Below are positions 18,955 through 30,323 of a stretch of 64,000 nt of DNA, piece after piece; the first letter of the stretch is position 1, and every line of letters starts with the position of its first letter. The notes under the pieces are model-generated. The model ran no database searches, was not told the DNA's origin, and worked only from the letters and a program-made list of their open reading frames with translations. A program made the position numbers and the translations under genes. This stretch comes from an uncultured Spirochaetota bacterium (GTDB lineage Bacteria > Spirochaetota > Spirochaetia > SZUA-6 > Fen-1364). The stretch covers positions 544,001-608,000 of the forward strand of contig CAVTHO010000007.1 in assembly GCA_963734545.1 (NCBI GenBank). The letters are read 5' to 3'.

Positions 18955-19102
18955 ACATCTGCCCAGCGGATGAACCGGCCCAGGCGATCATTTTGCCGGG
19001 AACAGCCCTCGAATGGTGCGCAGCCTCGCGCCGCAGGTGTTACACTCAGGCATCATAAACGAGGACTCTTCACTGAGACAGACAGGCACGGAGGTAATCC
19101 CC

Positions 19103-19975
19103 ATGAGAGGTGCTGCTACAGCTCCGGCATCGCCCACGAAAATGCTTTTTCTCCAATCGAGCGGACGAGGCAACGGAAATACGGCACGCGTCGTGCACAT
19201 GTTGGAAGCGGCTCTGAAGGCGGAAGCCGGTAGAGTTGGCATCGCACTTGAAACAGAGACGCTCGACCTGGCGCGGATGGATATCCGAACGTGCAGGGGG
19301 TGCTATGGCTGTTTCGACCGGGGGGAGAGCGCGTGCCCGCTGAATGACGAGCTCCGCTCGGTCAAGGAAAAGATGAAAACGGCAGACGGCCTGGTTCTTG
19401 CCGCACCGGTCTACGTCAGCGATGTAAACGGCGTAATGAAGAACTGGATTGACCGTCTGGGTTACGTCTGCCATCGGCCCGAGTTCGCGGGAAAGACGGC
19501 GATGCTGTGTGCCACCACAGGATTCACGCCGGCCCGGCGTGCCCTGCGTACCATGTGGTATGCCGCGTGGTCATGGGGCTACCGGATTGCCGGCCAGGTG
19601 TCGGTCGTCACCGGGGGCACCAAGGAGAGTCTCGGCAGAACTATTGGCAAGGGGATGTCGCTGATGCCGGCAGAGGAGCTGCGCGAGCGACACTCGCAGA
19701 AGATCCAGCGCGCGGCGCAGAAGCTCCTGCAGGATATTCGAGCCCGCAGGGCTGAGAAGCCCTCTTTCTTCTCCCTGCTGGCCTTCCGGATCGGGCAGAT
19801 TATCGTTTCCCAGAGGGCCGCACCGGAGTCGGTCGATTTCTCCTTTTGGAACGATAAGGGGTGGCTCGACGCCCGACACTGCACGTACTACTGCCCTCAT
19901 CGCGCCAATCCCCTCAAGGTGGCGACAGCGCGGCTCCTTGGGTCGATGGCTGCATCGACTCTCCGTTCCAGTTAA
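19103..19975 (+). CDS. Flavodoxin family / iron-sulfur flavoprotein (NADPH-dependent FMN reductase-like)
   Basis: SGRGNGNT, CRGCYGC-x7-C, LAAPVY, MKNWIDR; GGAGG RBS before ATG 19103. Confidence 0.87.
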   Translation: MRGAATAPASPTKMLFLQSSGRGNGNTARVVHMLEAALKAEAGRVGIALETETLDLARMDIRTCRGCYGCFDRGESACPLNDELRSVKEKMKTADGLVLAAPVYVSDVNGVMKNWIDRLGYVCHRPEFAGKTAMLCATTGFTPARRALRTMWYAAWSWGYRIAGQVSVVTGGTKESLGRTIGKGMSLMPAEELRERHSQKIQRAAQKLLQDIRARRAEKPSFFSLLAFRIGQIIVSQRAAPESVDFSFWNDKGWLDARHCTYYCPHRANPLKVATARLLGSMAASTLRSS

Positions 19976-20010
19976 TTCCGCCCCTTCCGGCGCTTTTTCG
20001 GATCGAGAAC

Positions 20011-20040
20011 AACAAAAAAGCCCGCAAAATGCGGGCTTTC
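20011..20040 (-). terminator. Intrinsic terminator of ssrA, probably bidirectional
   Basis: AAAGCCCGCA-AAA-TGCGGGCTTT stem, followed by a U-rich tract on the minus strand. Confidence 0.8.
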
Positions 20041-20046
20041 GTGTGT

Positions 20047-20395
20047 TGGAGGTGGCGGGAGTCGAACCCGCGTCCTAGAGTGTTGACCAAGAACCTCTAC
20101 AGGTTTATCCGCCCGTTAGCCCCTCGGCGAGAAGTATGGAAGGCGGCAATCCCGCTTCCCGCCAAAGCCTGCTTTAGTTTTCCTGTCCGCCCGCAGGCAT
20201 GCGGTCAGGTGAGCCCCGGTTTGTTACAGGCACCCCTGGATGTTCGGGACCACGCTCCAAGGACCCGTCGCCGCAACTAAGCAGCGAGTGCGAAATCTGC
20301 GTTGTTGGCAGTTGTTTTTTTGCCATTTTTAGGAGACTGGCGCTCCACCTGCAGCCCAGGGCCGAACCGACCCCAGTCGAGACCGTTGCACCCCC
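20047..20395 (-). ncRNA. ssrA: tmRNA, tag (A)ANNADFALAA
   Basis: 5' GGGGGUG pairs with 3' CACCUCC-A (G3:U alanine identity); T-arm GGGTTCGACTCCC; tag ORF 20309-20277 ends ALAA*; adjacent to smpB; 3' CCA not encoded. Confidence 0.95.
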
Positions 20396-20482
20396 GAGCG
20401 ATTTCGCCGAGGCGAAATCGCGAAGCCCGGCAAGCGTTTGCGCAGAAAACGCCGAGAGGGCCGATCTTCCAGGTCGAGAGAG

Positions 20483-20947
20483 CTACTTTATCCTGAACTC
20501 TCGCTCCAGCTCTCTCTTCTGGTCTCTCTTTCGAATGTCATCGCGTTTGTCAAAGAGCTTTTTTCCCTTGGCAATGCCAAGCTCGCACTTGATGATGCCC
20601 CTCTTAAGGTAGAACTTAAGGGGAACAAGGGTCAAGCCTTTCTCATCCACGATTCGCCGCAGGCGCTTGATCTCCTTGCGGTGCACCAGGAGCTTTCTTC
20701 GGCGGAGAGGCTCATGGTTGACCCTGTTGCCGTAGACATACGGGGTGACGTGGAAATCGATCAGCAAGAGCTCGTCGTTCTCGACCAGCGCGTACGAGTC
20801 CGCGAAAGAGAAGCGCCCGTCCTTGATGGACTTCACCTCTGTGCCGACAAGGACGATGCCGCATTCGAAGGATTCGTCTATCGAAAAATTGAATCGGGCC
20901 TTCTTGTTGACCGCGAGGACCTTGATCCCTTCATCAGATTTCGCCAT
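20483..20947 (-). CDS. smpB: SsrA-binding protein
   Basis: NKKARFNF, GIVLVGTEVKSI, RKLLVHRKEI, KGKKLFDKR. Confidence 0.97.
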   Translation of the reverse strand: MAKSDEGIKVLAVNKKARFNFSIDESFECGIVLVGTEVKSIKDGRFSFADSYALVENDELLLIDFHVTPYVYGNRVNHEPLRRRKLLVHRKEIKRLRRIVDEKGLTLVPLKFYLKRGIIKCELGIAKGKKLFDKRDDIRKRDQKRELEREFRIK

Positions 20948-20965
20948 TGCGCGGGCGCAGCCCAG

Positions 20966-22606
20966 CTACTGCCGGGTCAGCGCCACCCTGAATCCGAGGT
21001 AGGGCGTGCACCATTCAGAAGGCTGCGCGCCTCGTGAGTACACCTTGATCACCCCCGACGGGTTCTCCCAGGCGCCGCCCCTCACCGCGTGGTCTGGTCC
21101 ACGGGGGAGAGAGCGTTCGATCGCGATATTCGCCCGCGGATCCAGTGAAGAGAGCAGGTTCGCCGTGAGTGCAAATGGGTCCGCGCACCACTCCCAGACA
21201 TTGCCGATCATGTCACGAAGCCCGTAGCCGTTCGGCTCGGACGAGCCTGCCCGGGAAGGGCCTGTGATGCCCTTCTGGAAGAACACCGCGGCGCCGGGCT
21301 TCCCGCCGAGGGGATAGGGCATTCCGCGCAATCCGCCTCGGGCAGCCCACTCCCACTCTGCCTCGAAGGGCAGCCGGGCAACGTACCCGGGAAGGGTAGC
21401 TTGCACACTGCGAGACAGCCACTCGGTAAATGCGACAGCCGCATGCCAGGACACGGAGGTGACTGGCAATTCTTCCCGTCCAGCCGAAATCCCGGATGAG
21501 GGCCAATCGGAAAGGTACGCATCGGTGACAAGGCCCTTTCCGACGAGAGCAGACCGGTTCGCCAGGCGCCCATTCAGGGTTTTGCCGGATGAAGGACTGG
21601 AATTGACCCTTCGTCACCTCTGTGGATCCGAGATAGAAGGAATCGACATGCACGGGGTGAGCCAGCAGGAGATCAACGGATTTCCCGAACGATTCCAGGT
21701 TGTCGTCCTTCCCCATGACCAGGTCACCTGCCGGAACTGACCTGAACTCCATGCCCTGGACGGTCACTCTGCCCCCGCCGCCTGGTCCAGGAGACAGCGA
21801 AGCAGGCTGATAGTACCTGGAGATGGTTTCCCGGTAGGAAGCCAGGTACTGCTGGACCCAGGGGCTTGCGGCGAGACTGGTGCTGTGGGCGCGAGAAAGC
21901 ACAAGCAGGAGCCAGGAAGGGAAGTTGTCATATTTTTGTTTAAGTTGTATCGAATTCTGGATTGCGCTCACAAATGAAGCAGGAGTCAGGATCGACCCCG
22001 CTCGAGGCGACCTTCGCAGTTGCGTGCAGAAGCTCCTTCAGTTGGAACTCGTTTGTGACAAAGAGCATGGAATCGTTAATGAAATCATACCATTTTTCTG
22101 ACGGGCTTCCTGCGCTCGCTGCATCAGCCGCGTCAGAAAGGATGCTGGGGATGCCCGGATTCCTCTGGAAATCCTCACGGGCCCAACCCAGCAGCCCCTC
22201 CACGTCCGCGACGGTCAACGACTGGCTCTTTCCGTGGCTGTCAGGTACGAAAAGTGTCCCGAACACTCTGCCGCCAACCGTCTCCTCGAACGAGACTTTG
22301 CTGTAAAACGGCCTCGATATTTCGACGCTTCTCCGACCGTGCCTGAGAAAGACCACGCATGGTGTGCTGCCCGCGTAGACACCGTCCACCTTGACGGTCG
22401 CGTGGTCGGGCGATGTTGTCAGAGACAGGTAGGAGCCCCGATTCCTCAGTCCCGGATAGAAGAAGAGAAAGAAGATCAGCAGGACTGCAATGACGCCATA
22501 GAGCCCGGTGAGGTAGACGGCCAGGGCGCACCCCCAGGATGGGTTTGAGGTGAACGGATACTTCGTCTGCGTCTGAATGCGCCTCCGGCCTGTCCTTTTT
22601 CGGCAT
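20966..22606 (-). CDS. Membrane-anchored PEGA + FGE/SUMF1 (sulfatase-modifying-factor-like) domain protein, split by indels
   Basis: Pieces in four track ORFs: N-terminus MPKKDRP, TM, PEGA (SPDHATVKVDGVYAGSTP), and FGE motifs TEVT, RLPFEAEWEWAARGG, PNGYGLRDMIGNVWEWC, LGFRV. Confidence 0.82.
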
Positions 22607-22612
22607 GGGAGA

Positions 22613-22641
22613 ATTATAGGGAGGGTGAAGTCGCTTGTCAA
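22613..22641 (-). promoter_or_regulatory. Consensus sigma70 promoter, leaderless geometry
   Basis: TTGACA-17 nt-TATAAT, then 6 nt to ATG 22606. Confidence 0.75.
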
Positions 22642-22680
22642 TGATTCCAGATGCGTGTTATCCTCACGCCGGAGAATGCT

Positions 22681-23725
22681 ATGACAGACAGCACTTCCGT
22701 GACGTGGAAAAAATGGGAAAAGTGGGTCGTACGCGAAACCGAGCGCTTCCTCACCTGGCGGAAAAAGACGGAAGCTGGCAAGGAAAGCGAAACAGAAAAA
22801 ACGCAATCCGATCGTCGATTGGCTGGATGCCATCCTCTCCGCGGTCGTCATTGTCCTCCTCATCAACCAGTACCTTCTGCAGGCGTACCAGATTCCCTCT
22901 CCGTCCATGGAGCCCAGCCTGCTGGTGAGCGACAGGATCTTCGTCAACAAGATCGTCTATGGACCCGAGCTCATCCCGGGAATGTTGAAGCTGCCTGGGT
23001 TCCGGACGCCGACCCGCGCGAACGTGGTCATCTTCGAGAGCCCCGAATACATCTCCAGCGGCCCGCTCATGGACGTCCTGCAGCGCGTGGTCTACATGGT
23101 CACCCTTTCGCTCGTGGACATCGACAAGGATGAGAATGGCCAGCCCAAGCATCACTTTCTGATCAAGCGTGCCATCGGCATGCCGGGAGATCGGATTCGG
23201 ATGAACCAGGGTGACGTGGAGATACTGACTCCGGGAGAATCAACGTGGATGTCCGAGGCAGAGATGAAAAAGGCGCTCGGATTCGACTACACGAACGTAC
23301 GGACGTTCAAGCCGGAAGACTACCCGGTTTTCAGAGAGGCGGGCATAGGCAAGGCGCTCCTGGATGCAGGTTTGGAAGCCAGCGCCGAGCAGAATGCCGC
23401 AATCAATCAGTACTACCAGGCGAACAAGGACGCGAACGGGAAGGTCACCAGTTTCATGCTGCGGGCGCTGGATGACGACATTTACGTGACCCTCTGGGAG
23501 GATGCGACTCTCTGGGCGATCGAGCCGATCAATTTCGCCAAGGCAGCCGAATGGCGAATGCTCACGGAAGGCTATCCTGTCCCGGAGGGACGCATTTTCC
23601 CCATGGGGGACAACCGAGACAACTCACACGACGCGCGGTATTTCGGGCCCGTCCGCCTGGAAAAGGTGCTCGGCAAGGGCTTGTTCCGCTATTGGCCCAT
23701 CTCACGGTTCGGGGCCGTCAAGTAG
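22681..23725 (+). CDS. lepB: Signal peptidase I (copy 1), indel near 22770
   Basis: TM then QIPSPSMEPSL (Ser), LIKRAIG (Lys), MGDNRDNSHDARYFG. Confidence 0.92.
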
Positions 23726-23730
23726 CTGAA

Positions 23731-24477
23731 ATGATCGGCGCGGAGCGCTATTCGTCCTCCACGGGCAGGAGGAGAGCGAATGTTCTCGGCGGCCGACTGC
23801 TGCGCGTGGCGATTGTCGCCTTCGTCCTCTACCTGGTAGTGTTCGGATTTGTCGCCTCTACTTACCGCATCGAATCCGTCTCCATGGCGCCCGGCCTGTT
23901 GCCCTCTGACCGCGTAATCGTGAGCTCGCTCTCTTTCGGCCCGCGTGTGCCGCTTCTTCAATCCCGGCTTCCCGGGCTGGGCGTTCCCGAGCGCGGCGAC
24001 CTTGTCGTCATTCGACCGCCATTCCTGGAAGAGCCGGGTCTGCTCTGGCGCATCGTGGAGCCCCTGGCCAGCTTTCTCAGCCTGCAGAAGGCCACGCTCC
24101 ACAGGGACCTCTATGGATCACGCGTCAACTCCTATATGGTGAAGAGGATAGTGGGGATGCCGGGCGACACCGTGCGCATGCAGGACTACGTCCTGCTGAT
24201 CAAGCCGCGGGGCGCGTCGGACTTCGTCCCCGAGCAGCAGCTCATACCGGTGCGCTACCAGATCCAGACCTCCCTGACTGCCAGGGGCTGGTCAGCGTCG
24301 CTCCCGCTCTCCGGCAACGGAGGCGAGCTGGTTCTCCGGCCAGGCGAGTACTTCGTGCTGGGGGACAATCGACCGGAATCGAGTGACAGCCGTTCATGGG
24401 GTGCGCTGGCCGCCGAGCGGATTGTCGGCAAGCTCATTTATCGCTACTGGCCCCCCCGCTCCATTGGAAAGCTCTGA
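23731..24477 (+). CDS. lepB: Signal peptidase I (copy 2)
   Basis: TM, IESVSMAPGL, MVKRIVG, LGDNRPESSDSRSWG. Confidence 0.9.
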   Translation: MIGAERYSSSTGRRRANVLGGRLLRVAIVAFVLYLVVFGFVASTYRIESVSMAPGLLPSDRVIVSSLSFGPRVPLLQSRLPGLGVPERGDLVVIRPPFLEEPGLLWRIVEPLASFLSLQKATLHRDLYGSRVNSYMVKRIVGMPGDTVRMQDYVLLIKPRGASDFVPEQQLIPVRYQIQTSLTARGWSASLPLSGNGGELVLRPGEYFVLGDNRPESSDSRSWGALAAERIVGKLIYRYWPPRSIGKL

Positions 24478-25733
24478 TCCCGCTCTCTCCCTCTATGTCC
24501 ATGTCCCCTTCTGCACGGACAAGTGCCTGTACTGCGACTTCTTTTCGGTGCCGCGCCATTCCGTGGGAGAGGAGATCCAGACAGCGGTCATCCGCGAGAC
24601 CATTCTGCAGGCACAATACTTCCTGAAGGGAAAGGCAACCGGTGCATCAGCGCGCCTGCGCGTTCCGCCGCGTATCGAGACCATATTCATGGGGGGCGGG
24701 ACACCCAGCGCACTTTCACGTGAAAACCTTGCTCCCCTCCTTGATGCTTTCCGTTCACATGCGGCGGGCGAGTGGACCGTCGAGGCGAACCCCGAGTCCC
24801 TTGACGAGACGTTCCTCGCTCTCTGCGGGAGCGCGGGCGTCACACGCCTGAGCGTGGGGGTGCAGACCATGCGGGATTCGCTCCTTCGCCTGCTCAGGAG
24901 GCCTGCAACCCGCGCACACACTCTCTCCGCCCTCGCGCTTCTTGGCCGCACGTGGCAGGGCGAGCTCAATCTGGATTTCATAGCAGGGATTCCCGGGCAA
25001 TCGCCTGATGAAGTGCGGAACGATCTATCCCTTCTTGAGCAGTACCTGCCTTCCCACGTCTCGCTGTACCAGCTCACCTATGAACGCGACACTGCACTCG
25101 CGCGGCTTGTTGAGCAGGGAACGATCGTCCGCGATTCGCCCGAGCGGGAAGAAGAGCTCTGGTTTGCGGGCAAAGGCGCTCTGGAAGGCCGGGGATACCG
25201 GCACTACGAAATCTCGAACTTCTGCCTGCCGGGCAAAGAATGCAGGCATAACCTCCGCTACTGGCGTCTGGAGCCATACCTGGGCGTCGGGCCCGGAGCC
25301 GTCTCGACTGTGCCTGCAGCATCTTTTGCCGGCGCGCTGGGAAGACCGGATCTGGCGGAGGCCCCGGGGGGCGTGCTTCGCGTTTCGAACACAAAGGATA
25401 TGCATGCCTTTCTGGGAGGGCAGGCTTCACTCTGGGGCCTCGAAGTCGAGCCGGTGAAACCCTCAGACTTCATGCTCGAGACGCTCATGATGGGGCTCCG
25501 GCTGCAGGAGGGAATCGGCATTGCCTCGTGGGTATGGCGTTTCGGTCGGGGCTTCGATGAGTTCTTCCCCGGGCTCTGGAAAAAGTGGTCGGGAGAGGGT
25601 TTTGCCGAACCGCCCCTCGGGAGTCTGCGTTTGACGGAATCCGGGCGGCATGGTTCTGGATGGGCTGCTCGGCGAAGTGGTGGACAGGCTGGCCGCGGCG
25701 GATCTGCCCCCCATTGCGCTCTCGTGGCCATGA
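24464..25733 (+). CDS. hemW: Radical SAM heme chaperone HemW (HemN-like), indel near 3' end
   Basis: LYVHVPFCTDKCLYCDF, GGGTPS, YEISNF, HNLRYW. Confidence 0.88.
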
Positions 25734-25851
25734 AAGGGACCGGCTCGCCGGGACGCGGCAGCGCAATCGGGAGGATGGAACAGCCGCCGTATTGACTACG
25801 GTTTTCCGTTTGTGATACGCTTTTTTAAACTTCAACAGAAGAAGGGGAAAC

Positions 25852-26598
25852 ATGTCAGGCCATAGCAAATGGCATACAATCAAGCACAAGAAGGGCGTCG
25901 CGGACGCAAAACGCGGCCAGATGTTCACCAAGCTCATCAAGGAGCTCAGCATCACGGCCACGGCAGGGCGGCGGGGACCCGGACATGAATCCCGCGGCTT
26001 CGGACCGTCATCCTCAAGGCCAAGGCCGCCAACATGCCCAAGGACAACATCGACCGCGCCATCAAGAAGGGCACCGGCGAGCTGGAAGGCGTGAGCTATG
26101 AGGAGATCCTGTACGAGGCGTACGGACCGGGCGGCGTGGCGATTCTCATCGACATCCTCACCGACAACAAGAACCGGGCGGCCGCGGAGATCAGGAACCT
26201 CCTGAACAAGGGCGGCGGCAATCTCGGCGCGGCGGGCAGCGTGGCCTACCTGTTCAAGCGCAAGGGCCTCATCAACTACGACGCCTCCAAGTACAAGGAG
26301 GACGACATTCTCGAGGTGGCCCTCGAAGCGGGCGCGGAGGACGTCAGCAATGACGGAGACTCCATCGAGGTCACGACCAGCCCCGAAGATTTCGAGAACG
26401 TGATCAAGGCGCTGGAAGGCCAAGGGATTCGCGCACAGCATGGCGGAGATCGTGCGGGTGGCGGACACGAATGTCACGCTGGACAACGACAAGACGGAGA
26501 AAGCCCTCAAGCTCGTCGAGCACCTCGAAGACCACGAGGACGTGCAGAGCGTCGCGACCAATCTGGAGATCCCTGCCGGGTTCGTGATGAGTGAATGA
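25852..26598 (+). CDS. yebC: YebC/PmpR family protein, split by indels
   Basis: [42 protein letters not shown]. Confidence 0.94.
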
Positions 26599-27092
26599 GG
26601 ACGGTGATCGGGATCGATCCCGGGCTCGCGGCCACGGGCTGGGGGGTCGTACGGTTCGACGGCTCTCGCTTCATCCACGTGGGCCACGGAGTGGTGAAAA
26701 CGGATCCCGACACACCGCTGCCTCTTCGCCTGCTGAAGATACACACGGAAATCCGAAAGCTCCTCACGAAGTACGGCCCGTCGGAGGCCGGCGTCGAGGA
26801 GCTTTTCTTTTCCAAGAACATCTCCAGCGCCATGCAGGTGGCGCACGCGCGCGGGGTCGTCCTGATGGCCCTGGGCCAGCGGGGCATCACGGTCGGCACC
26901 TACTCGCCGCAGCACGTCAAGCAGGCGGTCATCGGCCGGGGAAGGGCCGACAAGGCCCAGGTCCAGCGCCTGGTGGGCGTCGTGCTCGGCCTGAAGGAGA
27001 TCCCGGGCCCGGACCACGCCGCGGACGCGCTGGCAATCGCCATCTGCCACACCAACAGGTCGCCAATCGATGTTCAACAGCCTCACGGGTGA
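26595..27092 (+). CDS. ruvC: Holliday junction resolvase RuvC
   Basis: IGIDPGL, VEELFF, GRADKAQV, DHAADALAIAICH. Confidence 0.96.
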   Translation: MRTVIGIDPGLAATGWGVVRFDGSRFIHVGHGVVKTDPDTPLPLRLLKIHTEIRKLLTKYGPSEAGVEELFFSKNISSAMQVAHARGVVLMALGQRGITVGTYSPQHVKQAVIGRGRADKAQVQRLVGVVLGLKEIPGPDHAADALAIAICHTNRSPIDVQQPHG

Positions 27093-27678
27093 AATCACCT
27101 ACAAGGGGGACGAGCGCCTCTGCGTGCAGACCGGAGGCGTGGAGTGGGAGCTCGTCGTTTCGCGCAAGGCGCTCGACCGGCTTCCCCCTGTGGGACAGAT
27201 CGCGCGGATCTACACGCACCTCGTGCACCGCGATGACGCGATGCGTCTGTACGGCTTCTCCGACCCCGCCGAGCGGGCGCTGTTCCTCGACCTGCAGAAG
27301 GTGGACGGGGTCGGGCCGCGCGGCGCCCTGAAGATGCTGTCGGGGGTCGATCGGGAGCAGTTCTCCCAGGCCCTGGACCAGGACGACCTGGATGCGCTTT
27401 CCTCGGTCCCCGGTGTCGGCAAGAAAACCGCGCAGAAGATCATCCTCACCCTGAAGGGAAAGCTGACTCCGATCGACCGAGACCCAGGGCCGATCCACGG
27501 AGGACGACATCACAACGGCACTCGTGGGCATGGGATTCGACCGAAAGACGGCCAGGGCCGCGGTGGCTCCAGGCGCTGAAATCGATCGACAGGCCGGCAG
27601 ATGAAGGGCGAGGAGCTGGAGCGGGAGCTGTTCAAGCGCGCGGTTGCCATTGCGGGAGGCGAGGGAGCGGCCCCGTGA
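27070..27678 (+). CDS. ruvA: Holliday junction branch migration protein RuvA, indels in 3' part
   Basis: MFNSLTG, LYGF, VDGVGPRGAL, VPGVGKKTAQKII. Confidence 0.94.
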
Positions 27679-28719
27679 AAGATCGCGCAAAAGGCCCTGC
27701 CGACAGGATTCCCGACCCCGCGTTCGATGCAACGGAGGACAGGGAGGAGCTCACTCTTCGGCCGCGCCTCCTCACCGAGTTCGTCGGCCAGGAGAAGCTG
27801 AAAGAGAATCTCGCCGTCTACATCGAGGCGGCGCAAACAGCGGGGAGAGCACCTCGACCACGTGTTCCTCTCGGGCCCTCCCGGCCTCGGCAAGACCACG
27901 CTCGCCGCGATCGTGGCCAATGAGCTGGGCGTGCAGTTCCGTGCCACCTCGGCGCCCGCCCTCGAAAAGCCGGGGGACCTCGCCGCCATCCTCACGAGCA
28001 TCGGCGAGCGCAACATCTTCTTCATCGACGAGATCCACCGTCTGAAGCCGGTGGTGGAAGAGATGCTCTACTCGGCGATGGAGGACTTCGAGATCGACGT
28101 GGTGATCGGCCAGGGTCCCGGGGCGCGCACCATCAAGATCCCGCTCCCGCCGTTCACCCTGGTCGGCGCGACGACGAAGACCGGGCTCGTCTCCAGCCCC
28201 CTGTATTCCCGGTTCGGCATCCCCATGCGGCTCGATTTCTACGAGCCGTCAGAGCTCCGCAGGATCGTGTTCCGTTCCGCGGGCATCCTCAAGGTGGACG
28301 TGCAGGCCGATGCGGCGGAGCTGGTATCACGATGCTCCCGCGGCACCCCTCGCATTGCCAACCGCATCCTCCGACGCATGCGGGATTTCGCGCAGGTCTG
28401 GGGCAACGGGGCAATCGACGTCCCCATCGTGCAGCGCGGGCTGGAATCTCTCGAGATCGACGCGCGGGGGCTGGACAAGGTGGACCGGGAGATCCTGCGC
28501 ACGCTGGTGGAGAAGTACGCGGGGGGCCCGGTAGGATCTGAGACCATCGCCATCTCCATCGGAGAAGCGGTGGACACGCTCGAAGATGTCTACGAGCCCT
28601 ACCTCATCCAGATCGGGTTCCTGAAACGCACTCCGCGCGGAAGGGTTGCCACGGATGGTGCGTGGGAGCACCTCGGAGTCCGGCGGACCGGAAGTGAAGA
28701 CCAGCCTATTCTCTTTTGA
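27675..28719 (+). CDS. ruvB: Holliday junction helicase RuvB, indel near 27840
   Basis: [44 protein letters not shown]. Confidence 0.96.
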
Positions 28720-29715
28720 GCTGCCCGAGGAGCTGATCGCCCAGGAGCCCGCGGGGGACCGGGACAGCGCACGGTTGCTCGTTCTGGAGAGGAATACCGG
28801 CGCGACAACCGACAGCTCCGTGCGCGAGCTTGCCCGATGGCTTGATCCCGGGACGGTGGTCGTGCTGAACGATACCCGGGTGAGAAAGGCGCGGCTGTTC
28901 GGAACGAGCGAGGGGGGCGCGCGGGTCGAGTTCCTGCTCCTCGACAGGCTCGAGCCGACCCTCTGGGAGACTCTGGCGGGCCGGGCACGACGCCTTGCCC
29001 CGGGCAAGGCTTTTCGATTCCCCGGTGATGTCACCGGCAGGGTAGAGGCGGTGAACGGCGAGAAGCGCCTGGTGCGTTTCGATTCTCCCGTGGACGATGG
29101 GTGGCTGGAAAAGCAATGGTCATGTCCCCCTGCCGCCCTACATCAGGCGGGCCGATACTCCCGCGGATGACGAACGGTACCAGACGATCTACGCCCGGAC
29201 CATGGGCTCCGCGGCAGCTCCCACGGCAGGCCTTCACTTTACGCGCCGGGTGCTCGATGAATTGGGGGCTCGCGGCGTACGGACCGCGTGGGTGACGCTT
29301 CACGTTGGTCTTGGCACTTTTCTGCCCATCAGGACCAGCGAGATCGAGCAGCATGCCATGCACGAGGAAGTCTTCGCCATACCGGCTGCGACAAAAGCCC
29401 TCGTGGACGCCGCCAGAAGGGAGGGTCGGCCGGTCCTCGCGGTGGGGACGACCGTGGTGCGCACGCTCGAGTCCGCATGGACCGATGCGGGGCTCCGTGA
29501 AGGGGAAGGCCGCACCCGCATCTACATCACCCCCGGCCATCAATTCAAGGTGGTGAACATGCTGTTCACCAACTTCCATACTCCCCGTCTCGAGCCTGCT
29601 CGTGCTCGTGAGCGCCTTTGCAGGCAGAGACCTGATCTTGAGAACTTACGCGGAAGCGATCAAAAAGCGGTACAGGTTCTTCAGCTACGGGGACGCAATG
29701 CTATCGATACGGTAG
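28694..29715 (+). CDS. queA: S-adenosylmethionine:tRNA ribosyltransferase-isomerase, split by indels
   Basis: [53 protein letters not shown]. Confidence 0.95.
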
Positions 29716-30323
29716 CGGCTGCGCCAATACGTGCTCTTGTCCATCTTCTGGAAATCGGCACGGACTCTTGCTACGCGCGCGAGCTGGGCGTCGATGATGG
29801 CCTGGTAGTCCAGGTCGCCCGTTTCAACGCGGAAGTTCTCGGTTTCCCATTCTTCGATGCGATCGAGATGCGTCCCCCGCATCGCCCACGCCTTTGCCGA
29901 CCATTCTCTTGCCTTCTGCCAGTATCCGTAGGCGACTTTGTACACCTGCTCGGCCTTGTCGAGGCTCTCGAGGTTCTGGCGCTTCCAGGGATAGTTGTAG
30001 AAGTACGCCGTCATCTTGTCGTACTTGCTGCCAAGGCTCAGGTAGCTGTAGATCAGCTTCAGGGACACGTGCATCGAGAAGAGGTCGCGATAGCGCTCCC
30101 ACTCCGTCGTGTCCTTTATCGGGGCGAGCGCAAACAGCGGGTTCGCAAAATCGGCTTTCAGCGCGCTTTCCAGGTAGTAGATGTCCTCCATCGTGTCATC
30201 CGGATAGTGGTGGAGGTGCTCGTGGTAGAGCTTGTAGTATTGCTCCGCATACATGATTCGCCAGGCGGAAACCGTGAGGAGCGGGATGCAGAGAAGGAGG
30301 AGAACGAGCAGGGCTTTCTTCAC
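29685..30323 (-). CDS. Conserved-looking hypothetical exported or membrane-anchored helical protein
   Basis: GTG overlaps the tmk stop; hydrophobic N-terminus; Tyr-rich body ([23 protein letters not shown]); the 3' end is uncertain. Confidence 0.7.
   Translation of the reverse strand: MKKALLVLLLLCIPLLTVSAWRIMYAEQYYKLYHEHLHHYPDDTMEDIYYLESALKADFANPLFALAPIKDTTEWERYRDLFSMHVSLKLIYSYLSLGSKYDKMTAYFYNYPWKRQNLESLDKAEQVYKVAYGYWQKAREWSAKAWAMRGTHLDRIEEWETENFRVETGDLDYQAIIDAQLARVARVRADFQKMDKSTYWRSRYRIDSIASP

Noticed and set aside
20047-20075. tRNA-like T-arm and acceptor; possible integration site
   Set aside because: This is the tmRNA 3' end. I found no duplicated 3' fragment and no integrase, so there is no evidence of an island at ssrA.
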